The position numbers and the translations under genes are program-made. Below the pieces are notes generated by a model. The model was not told where the DNA came from, did no database searches, and saw nothing but the letters and a program-made list of their open reading frames with translations. From Magallana gigas (Eukaryota), in assembly GCF_963853765.1 (NCBI RefSeq), contig NC_088855.1:36338205-36402204 (forward strand): 64,000 nt of DNA. Direction: 5' to 3'. Shown piece after piece: positions 1-10,516 of the stretch. The first letter of the stretch is position 1. Each line of letters starts with the position of its first letter.

Positions 1-184
1 AATATAGGAAAGGAAAATGGCTATCAGTTTTAGTCCACCCTTGATTCACAATTTTTTCATGAAAAAATTATCTGACACCATGTTTATTTTCATCCCCTAA
101 AACAATGACATTACATGTTTGTGATGCAGTGTTTGAAAAAATGTAAATTACTTTGCACATGTAACTTAATGGTTTAAATTTCAG

Positions 185-380
185 ATTGAGGAGAGTATAC
201 TGGAGAGCCTTGCATGGAAGAGTGAGTCCCCTCTGTGGGATGCCATCAAGGAGAGCAGTGTGCCTGGCTGTGAAGATGTAGTGCTGCCCAATGAACAGGA
301 TGTGATGAAGACTACAGTCAAACACCCAGCTGTCATCAGGGTCACAGAAACCCAGCCCCAGCAACAGCAGCAAAGAAAGG
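185..380 (+). CDS. Rb: Retinoblastoma-family pocket protein, exon (spacer region; ...IEESILESLAWKSESPLWDAIKES...)
   Basis: Acceptor tttcag at 179-184, donor GT at 381-382. Translation aligns with the RB1 spacer '[21 protein letters not shown]'. Ends in phase 1. Confidence 0.75.
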
Positions 381-606
381 GTAAACACTGGCTTCTTCTG
401 GCCCAAGGTCCAGAAAACTTGGAGCTAGAGACCACTTTTGGTCTGTCTCACTCTTACAATAAATAAAGACTAAAATCAAAAGTGAGCTTGTCTGAATTTT
501 ATGGCGACAAGTCCTGCTATTCACTAAACAAACTCTGCCGCCTCTTAGAAAATGAAGGAAATCTACCAATGAAGATGAAGGTGACTAATGAGCATTGTTA
601 TTACAG

Positions 607-824
607 ATGTGCTGATGTCCCCACCTGCCGGTGTGTCTGCCGCTGACCGCTTTAGCTCCCCCTCTCCAGGAAGTGCCAAGCGGCGTCTTTTTAGTGTACT
701 GACCCAGCCACAAGAAACGCCGGTGTCATCAGCAGAGAATTCCTCAACAGACGGCAGTAGTTCATCTACAAAGACCACCCAGATTATTGCCTTCCAGCAG
801 GCACAGACAAATGACGGGAGACAG
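607..824 (+). CDS. Rb: Rb-family pocket protein exon (DVLMSPPAGVS...QQAQTNDGRQ)
   Basis: AG at 605-606, donor gtagat at 825. In frame with the previous exon. Resembles RB1 'DMYLSPVRSPKKKGST...'. Confidence 0.75.
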
Positions 825-912
825 GTAGATACAGTTTTGATTAACCATTTTATTTAAGGATGTATTAACTAATAAATTTGCATTAATAGATACATCTTTC
901 TTTCCATTGTAG

Positions 913-1023
913 ATATTAATTCCTGTCCATACTATAATTCATTCTGGAGCAAAAGATGACAAAAAAGAAACAACAAAAGCCAGACCCAAGAAAACAGGAT
1001 CATTGGCTTTGTTCTTTAGAAAG
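913..1023 (+). CDS. Rb: Rb-family pocket protein exon (…KARPKKTGSLALFFRK)
   Basis: tgtag acceptor, gtaact donor. 'TGSLALFFRKV' matches RB1 'KSTSLSLFYKKV' at the start of pocket B. Confidence 0.8.
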
Positions 1024-1134
1024 GTAACTGCAACTCACAAGTGCTTGGATCTGTTCCTTATACTTTTGTTGCAATTGTGAAGGATTGAGGTTAAACATTG
1101 AAAAAGATTTATTACACATGTATTCTTATTTCAG

Positions 1135-1314
1135 CTATATCATCTAGCAAGTGTAAGGCTACGAGATCTGTGTGAACAGTTGTATATTGATGATGTTGAC
1201 CTTCGGAAGAAAATGTGGACATGTTTTGAGTATGTACTTGTGAATCATGTGGAGCTGATGATGGACAGACACATTGATCAAATCATTATGTGTGCAATCT
1301 ACGTCATGGCAAAG
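1135..1314 (+). CDS. Rb: Rb-family pocket B exon (LYHLASVRLRDLCEQL...MDRHIDQIIMCAIYVMAK)
   Basis: Strong match to RB1 pocket B 'YRLAYLRLNTLCERL...[21 protein letters not shown]'. tttcag acceptor, gtaaat donor. Confidence 0.9.
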
Positions 1315-1504
1315 GTAAATCATGTAGATAGTATGAAAAATTACTGATTTATTCATAGCACATGCATCTGTAATGATAGCACTTAAATGTACTCTTGGTA
1401 TAAAGAACAGTTTTGGTCAACACATATTTATGCATTCCTTTCCCTTTTAATATTGTGACATGGGTTGCAAAATATTTCATTAAAATCTTGTTGCTTTTTG
1501 ACAG

Positions 1505-1576
1505 GTGTGTGACCATTCACAGTCTTTCACAGACATCATGAGATGCTACAGGTTACAGCCACAAGCAGAGAGTCAT
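1505..1576 (+). CDS. Rb: Rb-family pocket B exon (VCDHSQSFTDIMRCYRLQPQAESH)
   Basis: gacag acceptor, gtaagt donor. In frame. Aligns with RB1 '[26 protein letters not shown]'. Confidence 0.8.
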
Positions 1577-1749
1577 GTAAGTTCTGAACAGGAAAAAAGT
1601 CTTTCTTTTTTTCCTAATAGGTTAAGTTATTGGAACACTATAATGTAAATTCATAGCTTGCAACATTCATGATTGTACTTTTATCTGGTACAGCTTGGAT
1701 GTCAAGTAAATAGTTTGGATGCAATATGGTTTATTGATTTGGTTTGTAG

Positions 1750-1867
1750 GTCTACAGAAGTGTTTTACTGAAATGTCGTACAAGGCGAAAATCTGGAGGG
1801 AGTGATAGCAGCAAGAACGACACAAGTGGACAGTCTTCACCTGTCAATGTAGAGAATGTAGAGAAAA
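1750..1867 (+). CDS. Rb: Rb-family exon (VYRSVLLKCRTRRKSGGSDSS...VENVEK)
   Basis: ttgtag acceptor, donor AAA|GTAAGG. Ends in phase 1. Confidence 0.75.
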
Positions 1868-1955
1868 GTAAGGCATCCAGAAATACACAAATTCAGTTTT
1901 AGGAAAGTTAGTGCGTTAACAAGTAGCGTGTCTCAATTGTACTTTTTTCTTGCAG

Positions 1956-2110
1956 AGAGGTCAGAAAAATTATCCTCAATGCGCTCAACTAGTACTCTAC
2001 CCACCCCCCACCCAGGGAGCCATCCCCCAACCCCAACTATATTGGTGCACTCAGCGACTGGGAGTGAAGAGGGAGAAGAAAGAGGGGACCTCATCATGTT
2101 CTACAATAGG
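1956..2110 (+). CDS. Rb: Rb-family exon (KRSEKLSSMRSTSTLPTPHPGSHPPTP...GDLIMFYNR)
   Basis: tcttgcag acceptor, gtaatt donor. 'DLIMFYNRVF' resembles RB1 'DSIIVFYNSVF'. Phase-consistent. Confidence 0.8.
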
Positions 2111-2243
2111 GTAATTATAAAAATAAAATTTTTGTATGAGGTGTTCCATCGATAATCTGACATTTTGAACATGTTGTACTGGTTCCATTGATAATTATAT
2201 ATTTTGAACATTTTGAACTGTTTCATTTCTTGTGTATTTGCAG

Positions 2244-2303
2244 GTCTTTGTAGAGAAAGTAAAAAAGTTTGCCCAAAAATTCTCTGCTCAAAAGAACTCA
2301 AAG
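2244..2303 (+). CDS. Rb: Rb-family exon (VFVEKVKKFAQKFSAQKNSK)
   Basis: tttgcag acceptor, AAG|GTAAAA donor. 60 nt, phase 0. Confidence 0.75.
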
Positions 2304-2616
2304 GTAAAATTTTGTGAAAGGAGTATTCACTGAAATAGATTTTGATTTAACTTTACTTTCTTTCAGTATAGGTAGTGATGATAAGAAACATGAGGAAAAA
2401 TTTGTTCAACTAAATACTTGAAGACTTAAAGCTTAAACTATGAGTGGGAAAATTTTTTATGGATTCTTTAATGGTTATATAGGAATTGATTATTTTAGAA
2501 AAAAAAATGTCATCGAGGAAATACATGTACATTAAATTGTATCAATAACTAGTATTTCTGCATTTGTTTAACAGACTTGTGTCTAGTGCTGTATTAAATC
2601 ATTTTTTTTGTTTCAG

Positions 2617-2781
2617 GATATCCCACCACTATCACCTCTACCTGTGGTTAAAAGTCAGTCCGCTTCTCCTAGGAGAGTGTCCAGTAAACATTCTATATAC
2701 TTATCTCCGCATAAACCAACATTACATGCTACTCCAATGGCAACTGGTTTGTCATATTCTTTCCAGAAGAGTCCTGCAAAG
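2617..2781 (+). CDS. Rb: Rb-family C-terminal exon (DIPPLSPLPVVKSQSASPRRVSSKHSIYLSPHKP...)
   Basis: SP/TP-rich CDK-phosphorylation-type region resembling RB1 '[36 protein letters not shown]'. tgtttcag acceptor, gtaaat donor. Confidence 0.8.
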
Positions 2782-2941
2782 GTAAATTTTGATGTACTGG
2801 TACTTAAATTTAGTTGTTCTAGTAAATTTTTTAATTTTGTGTGTGCATATTTGAAAGGGAATGGCTTTAATGTTGTGATTTCTTTGTAAATTTTGATGAT
2901 TTTATAAAAGGTACTAATATATCTCTCCTGTTTTTCTGTAG

Positions 2942-3157
2942 GACTTGAGGGCCATCAATAACATGATAAAAATGAAAGACTTTAGAGAAGGTAAAAAACT
3001 TTTGGGTAAAAGGCAGCTAGATGTCCACATGGAGGAAGAGGATGGGCCTCAGACCAAGCAGCTGTGTACTGGCTTCTCCTTCCTGAAGCGGCTACAGAAT
3101 GTCAGCAGTGAGAGGCAGGAAGCCAGTATATTGAACCTGGATTACACCACCAAATAA
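2942..3157 (+). CDS. Rb: Rb-family terminal coding exon (DLRAINNMIKMKDF...ILNLDYTTK*)
   Basis: ttttctgtag acceptor. Stop TAA at 3155-3157. The basic C-terminal tail resembles RB1. Downstream AATAAA at 3356-3361. Confidence 0.8.
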   Translation, partial: DLRAINNMIKMKDFREGKKLLGKRQLDVHMEEEDGPQTKQLCTGFSFLKRLQNVSSERQEASILNLDYTTK

Positions 3158-3355
3158 ACACTAGCCTCAGTCCATTCATCGCAATGATGTCTGCTGATCT
3201 CATTTTCAATTTTCTTCTGAGGAAAGGAGCAACTCGGTATCCTGTTTTTCTCTATAATGCAATATCCTGCAAGTGGTAGTCCCAGACTTTAACATACATG
3301 TACTTCTACATGTATTTCAAACTGTTGAAATCTGTGCAATCTTTTTAATCAGCTA

Positions 3356-3361
3356 ATAAAT
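3356..3361 (+). terminator. Polyadenylation signal AATAAA of the Rb-family gene
   Basis: First AATAAA in the 3'UTR, ~200 nt after the stop. Confidence 0.5.
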
Positions 3362-5548
3362 TCTGTTAAATGTGGACTAGACTTGACACTGTGATGTACT
3401 CTGTAAGTGTACAGTCAAAGTTTTCTCATAATTCTGCAGGTTAAATCGGAATGGAAATCTTTTGTGAATAGTGCAAGACATTTTGTTGTATTTTTGTACA
3501 GTTTGTAAATATACTGTAATTGGCAGTATTAATCTGTATAGCCAGGGTTTTATATAAATATACATGTATATATTAGTATATTTAGACATTGTTATTATGA
3601 ATTTCTTTGGATGGATTTTATTTGTAAACTGAATATCTATCAAATTTTTAGCGGTTTATAAAATGTATTGATATTTTATTTTTAAGAAAATTCTAAGAAA
3701 TTTGTCATAACATAGCATTGTGATGATATCAAATTGGTACGAATGTATACAAATTTTGTGTCTTCTTGATGTTGTAAAATTTAAAACACAAAAATGAAAT
3801 GGAGCCTAGTAAACCAGTAGTGTCATTTCTGTGTCAGCAATCATGTTCTAAGTCATTACTAGGGTGCTAGATGTGTGCATTGAATTGTGAATGAAACATA
3901 AGGGATCTATTGTGTAATGCTGAAATTAGGTACAATGAAATATTTCTTTGGGAAAAATTGGTAAAAAATGTTAGTATAGGTATGGTGCTCTTTGTTTTAA
4001 TATATTTGATACAGTGCAAAATTTTTAAACAGTACCATAAATGATTTTTTTTGCATAATTTATGTGAATATTCAATAATATTATGTTGTGAATATGTGGC
4101 AAGCATGTATTGAATGGAATACAAAAGTGAAAGAATCATACAATAAATGTAAAACATTTCCACTTCGTCTTTTATCATAAATACTTCTTACTTCCACATG
4201 TAAAAAAAATAAATATGGTAAACTTTCAAATGCTTTCGTATATTTATATACCCACAGTCCTTCAAAATAGTGATATGCCCAGTTCAAAGTGATGTTTGTG
4301 ATCAAATGTACCTTGCACTAATTGAGTCTTGAAAGTTCCTAGTAGGCAAGTTTGATCAAGATTATCAGGAATAGGTATTCAGTTTAGACAATGGTTCACC
4401 TTACTTGTATGTATGCCATAGGTGTGTTCTGCAGAAAACAGAAAATGTCACTGGAAAAGTACTTCCAAATGGTGTGTTTGAAGGTAATACTTCAAGTCGT
4501 AGCGAATCTATTGCCATACATCCGGTAATTTTCGTGATGATCTAATTTTTCGCTTTTTTTCACAATTTCTTTTAAAACGCAAATAATTGAACACACAGAA
4601 ATTATATCCTGTATCATTTTCTATAACAAACTTTTAAAATTGCAAAAAATGACTGACACAAATTAAAAATGTTACATTTTCGCAAATTTTGTGACACGCA
4701 AAAAACCCCGGATATACCGTAGTTTGTCAGTTGCTGCAGATTCATTAATAAAGGTTTCAAAAAACAGTCTTGCAGCTTGTGACCACAAATATGCAAACAT
4801 AAAGATGCATTATGCATGTTCATGATGTTCCAGAGAGAAAGATGAATTGTTTACGAGAGAAGGTTGTATAATTTTTATGCAAATGTTATTTTAGCAATAT
4901 CTTTCATGAGAGAAGTGAATAGCATTACTCATTAAACAGAGTGAAGTTCAATGATTAAGCCCACTATTATTTGTTTCCAATGGTGAACTTGAAAGTACAT
5001 TGTACATGTATTCCTTGGTTAGTTATCTATTTCTTCCTTTACATTAAGAATGATGAAACTGTTAAAAATTAATTCAAATACATGTACATGTGCATTTACT
5101 GATTTTATTTAGAAATTCTTTGGATATACAGAAATTTCATTTTTTACACTTTATTGGCTTCTATTGAACCACAAAGATGGAAAAATCTGAAGAATTTGGT
5201 TTAATTATGGTATAGGCTGCAAGCATGCAGGTTTCCATAGTTTAAGACCAATGGGATCCAACCTAATGAATGAACACAATTTCAAGCAACTCCTGGTTCT
5301 TGAGGTTTGCCACTGGCCATGAGCAAATATATACCATGAACATAACTTGAGCAGTTGATATGGTAAAGGAATTCACTTCCTTTACTCATGCAAAATTTCC
5401 CTTGAAGTTGTAATGTTTGTGGTTCTCCTTGATTTCTTGTGAATTTTCTTCTCTCGCCAGAAGGAAGGGCCAGCTTCTATGATACTACTGGAGCCATCAA
5501 TTAGAGGATGTAGTCTCAGTACCTCTGGTTGTTTCCATTAAAGATATA

Positions 5549-5608
5549 TCACGTCCAATCTTCAATCCCCTTCTCTGTTATTCCAATCTTGGTCTTGCCA
5601 CCTGTTGC
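5549..5608 (-). CDS. RAD51D: RAD51D last coding exon (ATGGKTKIGITEKGIEDWT*)
   Basis: Minus-strand acceptor tttttgcacag. Stop tga is the reverse complement of 5549-5551. In frame with the upstream exon. Confidence 0.6.
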   Translation of the reverse strand, partial: ATGGKTKIGITEKGIEDWT

Positions 5609-5932
5609 CTGTGCAAAAATAAAAATTGAGATTTCTTCATCACTTTGTAATTACTGGTACTTTAAATTGTGGTGATGATTTTCAAAATGAAATCTCAATT
5701 ACAATGTATAATTGAAACTTTGAATACATGTACCTATTGCAAATTTATTTTGTTTTAAACAGAAAATTCGCCTTTTTTTTTTTTATACAATATCAATATT
5801 AAAATCAATATGAATTTAACTCGTGAAAGTTATCATTCTTGTTGGAGGGTCATATATTATATCCATAAAAATATTTATATTCAAAAAATTTAAGCATTCC
5901 TGCAAATAAATGCAAATTTTTTTTTTGTTTAC

Positions 5933-6076
5933 CAGCCTTGAGCTTTTTATCAACACAAGTTCTCTAACATTGGATTCTTGATCCTTAGGATGAGAAATAA
6001 GCAGACGACAATGGGGAACATGTGACCAGGTCTTCCCCAGACTGACTTTGCCATCTCCTATCACATTGTTAACAAC
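5933..6076 (-). CDS. RAD51D: RAD51D exon (VVNNVIGDGKVSLGKTWSHVPHCRLLISHPKDQESNVRELVLIKSSRL)
   Basis: Aligns with human RAD51D '[33 protein letters not shown]...ACLAKSSRQP'. Acceptor tttcag, donor CTG|GTAAAC. Confidence 0.8.
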
Positions 6077-6900
6077 CTGAAAGTAAGAAATTAAGTAGTT
6101 ATTTTTAGATAATAATTAAACAAGTGGAAAGCTGCCAGTGTAACAGCAAACAGGGTTTTTCTTTTATGTGAACTGTATCCACAATCCATGTCCACCCTGA
6201 ATTGATAAACGATACCTACCATATCCAGAGAAATGGAGTACCAATTTGCAATATTCTGCGAGAAAATGACCAAGTTCAACAGCTGGTATTTTTTTCCATA
6301 AATTATCAAAACTCAAAATCCAAGTAATGTGCACAATGACATCTCTGATATATGTAAATTTGATCTTGCAAAACAAGAACTTCCTATCTTGAAACCTGTA
6401 GGAGGAGTTATCCATACAATACAGGTGCCCCATATGCAATATTTTGCCAAAATTGACTAAGTTCAACAGCTTGTATTTTTTTCATTAATTCTCAGAAATC
6501 AAAATCCTAGCAATATGCATACCTCTGATATATGTACCATTGATCTGCAAAAGAGCAACTTCCTATATTAAAAACTGTAGGAGAAGTTATCCGAACAATA
6601 AGAGTACCCTTCTGGTAGCCGCCCGCCTGTTATTTTCACCATTTCAATATTAAACAGATTTTTCCGTTGAAAAACCCAGTTAAAAAAACACCCAGTAGTT
6701 ATAGGTTAATTTTTAAACAAGAAACTTCTATTCAAAATAACCAGTGTTTAAAATTTTAATTCTATTTTAATAGTATGTTTGTACATTGCAATTCCATGTA
6801 CCGTACATTACTAAATAGAATAAGTACCTGCTGTTTTTAAAACAGTGAAAATTGGCATGTACATGTATGTGTCCAAAAAAGGTAAAAAAAAAAGACCAAC

Positions 6901-6971
6901 CAGCACACACAGGCTGAAGTCTGCAGCCAGATGTCTAAGTTTGAGGGACAGCTGGACCATCAATCCATGAC
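6901..6971 (-). CDS. RAD51D: RAD51D exon (GHGLMVQLSLKLRHLAADFSLCVL)
   Basis: Aligns with '[25 protein letters not shown]'. Acceptor cttgttgtag. The donor is a weak gttggt, chosen by alignment length. Confidence 0.65.
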
Positions 6972-7665
6972 CTACAACAAGATATATATGTACATGTTAT
7001 AGATACCGGTAAGTGTTTATGCTGTCACAAAAGAATAAATACCCGGTACAAATAATAGAAAGTGTTTTCCAAGGATATGCCTGGTATATCCATTTCAGCT
7101 TTTACTTCTCTTTAACCATTAGTGTGCAATATTAAAGACAGTTAAATTTTGCAGGGATTGACAAACGCACTTTAAGAGCTTTTTTTTTTTTTTTATTTAA
7201 AAGTTATTAAAAATGTAAGAATCAAGAGTTTTTATAGAAAGCAAGTAAATCAACACACAGCTTACAGATTCTGTTTATATATTTAAAAGTTGCTGAGTAT
7301 AGCAGATAGAGCATTTCTAAATAACAAGATGCATGTAGCTATTTTACTTGCTCTTGCCAATCAAGTTGACAGTTACATTAGTGTACCATCAAAAATTAAA
7401 TTATTGAAATACTGTGGAATCATTAGAATTCGTTTTGGCTCAATTTTCGTGGTATTTGTGGGTAGCCCTCCCCCACGAATTTACACTCTCAACAAAAGCA
7501 AATTTAGAAAGAGTTATCTTTGTTACTGAAACTGAAAACCGACACATCCACGAAACTAGATCCCCACAAATAAGCAAAAATTCCACAATCCATGAAAATT
7601 GCCACCCACGAATTTAAATGATTCCACAGTAGTTTGAGACAGGTTTGAATGATTCGCAGATTTAC

Positions 7666-7756
7666 CATCCATTTGTTGTCCACCAAGGGAAGGGTAGATA
7701 ACTGCTGTGATACTGTCCACCACAAGTAGTTTGAGAGTATCATAAAAAGGATCCAC
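7666..7756 (-). CDS. RAD51D: RAD51D exon (VDPFYDTLKLLVVDSITAVIYPSLGGQQMD)
   Basis: Strong match to RAD51D '[24 protein letters not shown]' (Walker B region). Acceptor atttttacag, donor ATG|GTAAAT. Confidence 0.85.
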
Positions 7757-7816
7757 CTGTAAAAATAATTGCATGTACAGGGACTAAGCAATTAATTAAG
7801 TTTTCATATAGCAGAG

Positions 7817-7819
7817 CAT

Positions 7820-7853
<34 letters not shown>

Positions 7854-7954
7854 GAAGGATAATTGTGTTTGCCAGGGGGGGTCCGAGGCATATTTTCGCG
7901 ATAATTTTACTATGTAAATTTAATAAATTTTCATTTTCCAGGGGGGGTCGGGAC

Positions 7955-7984
<30 letters not shown>
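7817..7984. mobile_element. MITE (CATGCGCGGATC terminal inverted repeats, G/C-homopolymer hairpin core), copy 1, in a RAD51D intron
   Basis: 'catgcgcggatccag...ctagatccgcgcatg'. Internal 'cagggggggtcgggacccccccgaccccc'. Flanked by direct gcagag at 7811-16 and 7985-90. Confidence 0.7.
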
Positions 7985-7986
<2 letters not shown>

Positions 7987-8133
7987 AGAGTATTTGAGTC
8001 TTCATACTATAAAGATGATGTTCTGCAAAAGCTTATGTCATTATCATATCGGATTGGATCCATCTTATTCTTTGTAAACACCTTGCAATATAAAAATTAA
8101 AAATTAAAAAAGACATGTAAAACAGTTCAATAC

Positions 8134-8235
8134 CTTTTTGACCATTTTATCCTTGATTGTTTGTAATGCTGTCATTAGATGAAAAATGTCAAAAGCTTCT
8201 ATCACCTTCACTGATTGAAGAATGTGTTCTAAATG
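8134..8235 (-). CDS. RAD51D: RAD51D exon (HLEHILQSVKVIEAFDIFHLMTALQTIKDKMVKK)
   Basis: Matches '[25 protein letters not shown]'. Acceptor ttgtgctttcatag. Donor AAG|GTATTG. An alternative donor 9 nt upstream is possible. Confidence 0.7.
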
Positions 8236-8389
8236 CTATGAAAGCACAAAAAAAAAATCATAAATATAACTTGGAATTGATAGAACTGGAAGCATTATTG
8301 TCGGAATGTCCATTTATGGAACAAAGGGGTTGTAAGGTCAAATTTCAGGACTTCTTACTTACATGTATACTGTATAATTGATTACTTAC

Positions 8390-8515
8390 TTCCTCTCCAT
8401 AGAGAGATTCTGCTATTTCTGCGAGTCTGTCCGCCGAGAACCCCCCACATGTATCTATGAACACTACATTCTGCCTAGCCTTCATAACCACCGACACACA
8501 CAGGCTCAGGCAAAA
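8390..8515 (-). CDS. RAD51D: RAD51D exon (FCLSLCVSVVMKARQNVVFIDTCGGFSADRLAEIAESLYGEE)
   Basis: Matches '[37 protein letters not shown]' (Walker A flank). Acceptor caattag, donor GAA|GTAAGT. Confidence 0.85.
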
Positions 8516-8752
8516 CTAATTGTCAGAAAAGAAAATATGATGATGTGAATTTTACTACAGAAATTCTTATTGTCCTATAAGTACGATGAAGGCATAAAAT
8601 GAATAATCATAAAATATGCACTTCAATATATAAAGAATGTTTTGATATCATAATACATATATGAAACACATATTACAGAAAAATTTCTGTATCTCAAATA
8701 TTGGTTCCAAGGATATGACAAGTTTAGGCTGCATCCTGGGTTAAATTCTTAC

Positions 8753-8834
8753 CTGTGTTTTACCTGAAGAAATTTCCCCAGCAATCTCTGTGACTTCTGA
8801 TGTATACAGTCCCCCATCCAGTAACTCGTTCAGT
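8753..8834 (-). CDS. RAD51D: RAD51D exon with Walker A motif (KLNELLDGGLYTSEVTEIAGEISSGKTQ)
   Basis: Matches '[27 protein letters not shown]'. Acceptor atgttttag, donor CAG|GTAAGA. Confidence 0.85.
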
Positions 8835-9049
8835 CTAAAACATATTTTTACAAACGGTATCCTTTTATTCGTTGCATCAACATGATGTGGCTAATACACA
8901 ATAAAAGTTTTTCATATGATTAGGAAAAAATATATTTCTCATTTCATCATTGAAAATAATATCATTTATTTCCATCACTAATTTTATTTATAGTGTTTAT
9001 AGTTGTTATTGAGAAATATTACATAAATAATTGAAACATTAAATTTTAC

Positions 9050-9168
9050 TTTTCAGCTGGTGTTGGTATTATTGATGATGATGCAATCGTTGTCAGGTAG
9101 AAATCTGAACAATTCACAGGGAATGTAGAAAACTGAGCCAATAAAAGTCTTCTGATGATGACAAGGTC
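9050..9168 (-). CDS. RAD51D: RAD51D exon (DLVIIRRLLLAQFSTFPVNCSDFYLTTIASSSIIIPTPAE)
   Basis: Matches '[40 protein letters not shown]'. Acceptor cttatcttcag, donor AAAA|GTAAAAT. Confidence 0.8.
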
Positions 9169-9652
9169 CTGAAGATAAGATTTTAAAATATTGAAGATAA
9201 TGTTTCATATCATACAATTCTCCAACACACTATATTGGTAGTAATTATTAATTTAAAGAGAGGAGCTCGGGTCAAATGCTGCAGATCAGTTAATCCGAGA
9301 TTCCTCTGACTCTTACGTCCGATTTTATATTGTGACAATGACATGGCCCCTCCACATGTCACAATATAAAAGCAGGGGTTAGAGTCAGAGGAATCATGGA
9401 TTACATATAAGTTCCCTTTCATCTGTTTTTATCAATTGATGCCAATAGTTTATACTTGCCTCGGAATTGTAAACAGGTAAATTAATTGTTGATAGCACCT
9501 GAGTAGGTACACAACTGTCAAATCCTCAAGGACAAAGATCAGACTTGCTGATTGAGAAGGAGATGCAAGACTAGAGATGTTGGGTTTGGAATTTTATGAT
9601 AAAATAGGAGAAAAAAATTGATATACTTTTGACACATTAGTGTATAACTAAC

Positions 9653-9796
9653 CTTATATGGTAAAGAAGTTTCAAGAGCGAGACCTTCCAAATCTGTTTT
9701 TATTAGGTCAACAACAGTTTTAACACCAGCAGATCTAAGTTTCGAGACAACATCCTCTGATAATTGTGGACACAAATTCGGACGAACGGCTGACAT
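9653..9796 (-). CDS. RAD51D: RAD51D first coding exon (MSAVRPNLCPQLSEDVVSKLRSAGVKTVVDLIKTDLEGLALETSLPYK)
   Basis: ATG is the reverse complement of 9794-9796. Aligns with the human RAD51D N-terminus '[48 protein letters not shown]'. Donor gttagt. Confidence 0.85.
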
Positions 9797-10069
9797 GACA
9801 GTTTTGTTTTTGGCGCCAAATTATAGTTTGTCGTTCTCGAAGGGAATAAATAATTCCGAAAAAAATGCTTACTTTGAATTTTGAATTTTTCTCCAACATT
9901 CTTATTATTGAATTTTTTCTTCAAAATTTGATCCGTAAAAAAGTTTTGAACATGAAAATACTGTGATTTTATTGGACTAGTTAGCTTATGTAAATTTTCA
10001 TAAGATAATTACTGAATACAGATGTTTGTGAATATATAGTGTCCTATCTTCTATACAAAACTGAGCTGA

Positions 10070-10450
10070 ACAGTTTCACAGTTTACATTGTAAATAAAGA
10101 TTATTGACAAATAAACTATATTTAAAGATTTGTTTACTGTATATTTGATTTGTAAAAACAAACTAAAATGTTGTAAACTATAGTTTGTGGTTAACGTAAG
10201 TAATGGATTTTGCTGCTAAATATATAGATTAAACACTGTTAAATTTACATCTGCAAAGTATAATTTTACATTCGTCAACTATAGTTAAAAGATGTTGTTA
10301 ATCTTTGTTTCTCAAACCATAAAATTATATTTATCAGATTTGCTATCAAATTAACTATGTTTTACAGATGTGAAATGTAGATTAATGTTGCTTACTAAAT
10401 TACTATAGTTTTCACTCTGTAAACTATAGTTTATTGCACATAAACCTGGA
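10070..10450. repeat. Satellite-like array built on 'aactatagtt(a/t)ac' motifs, flanking the foldback element
   Basis: Repeated 'ctatagtt' cores every ~30-50 bp. Related to the array at 62130-62620. Confidence 0.55.
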
Positions 10451-10516
10451 TAGTTTAAAGACTGTAAAACAATATTTTTATTAAATAGTTCTTTTTGTGA
10501 AGTTTATCTGCCATAC

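Noticed and set aside
6225-6610. 100-aa minus-strand ORF 6164-6466 as an extra RAD51D exon
   Set aside because: The region is a ~190-bp tandem duplication (6225-6420 and 6420-6610) within a RAD51D intron. The ORF has no homology to RAD51D.
8157-8381. 74-aa plus-strand ORF
   Set aside because: It is antisense to RAD51D exon E (8134-8235), with no support as a gene.
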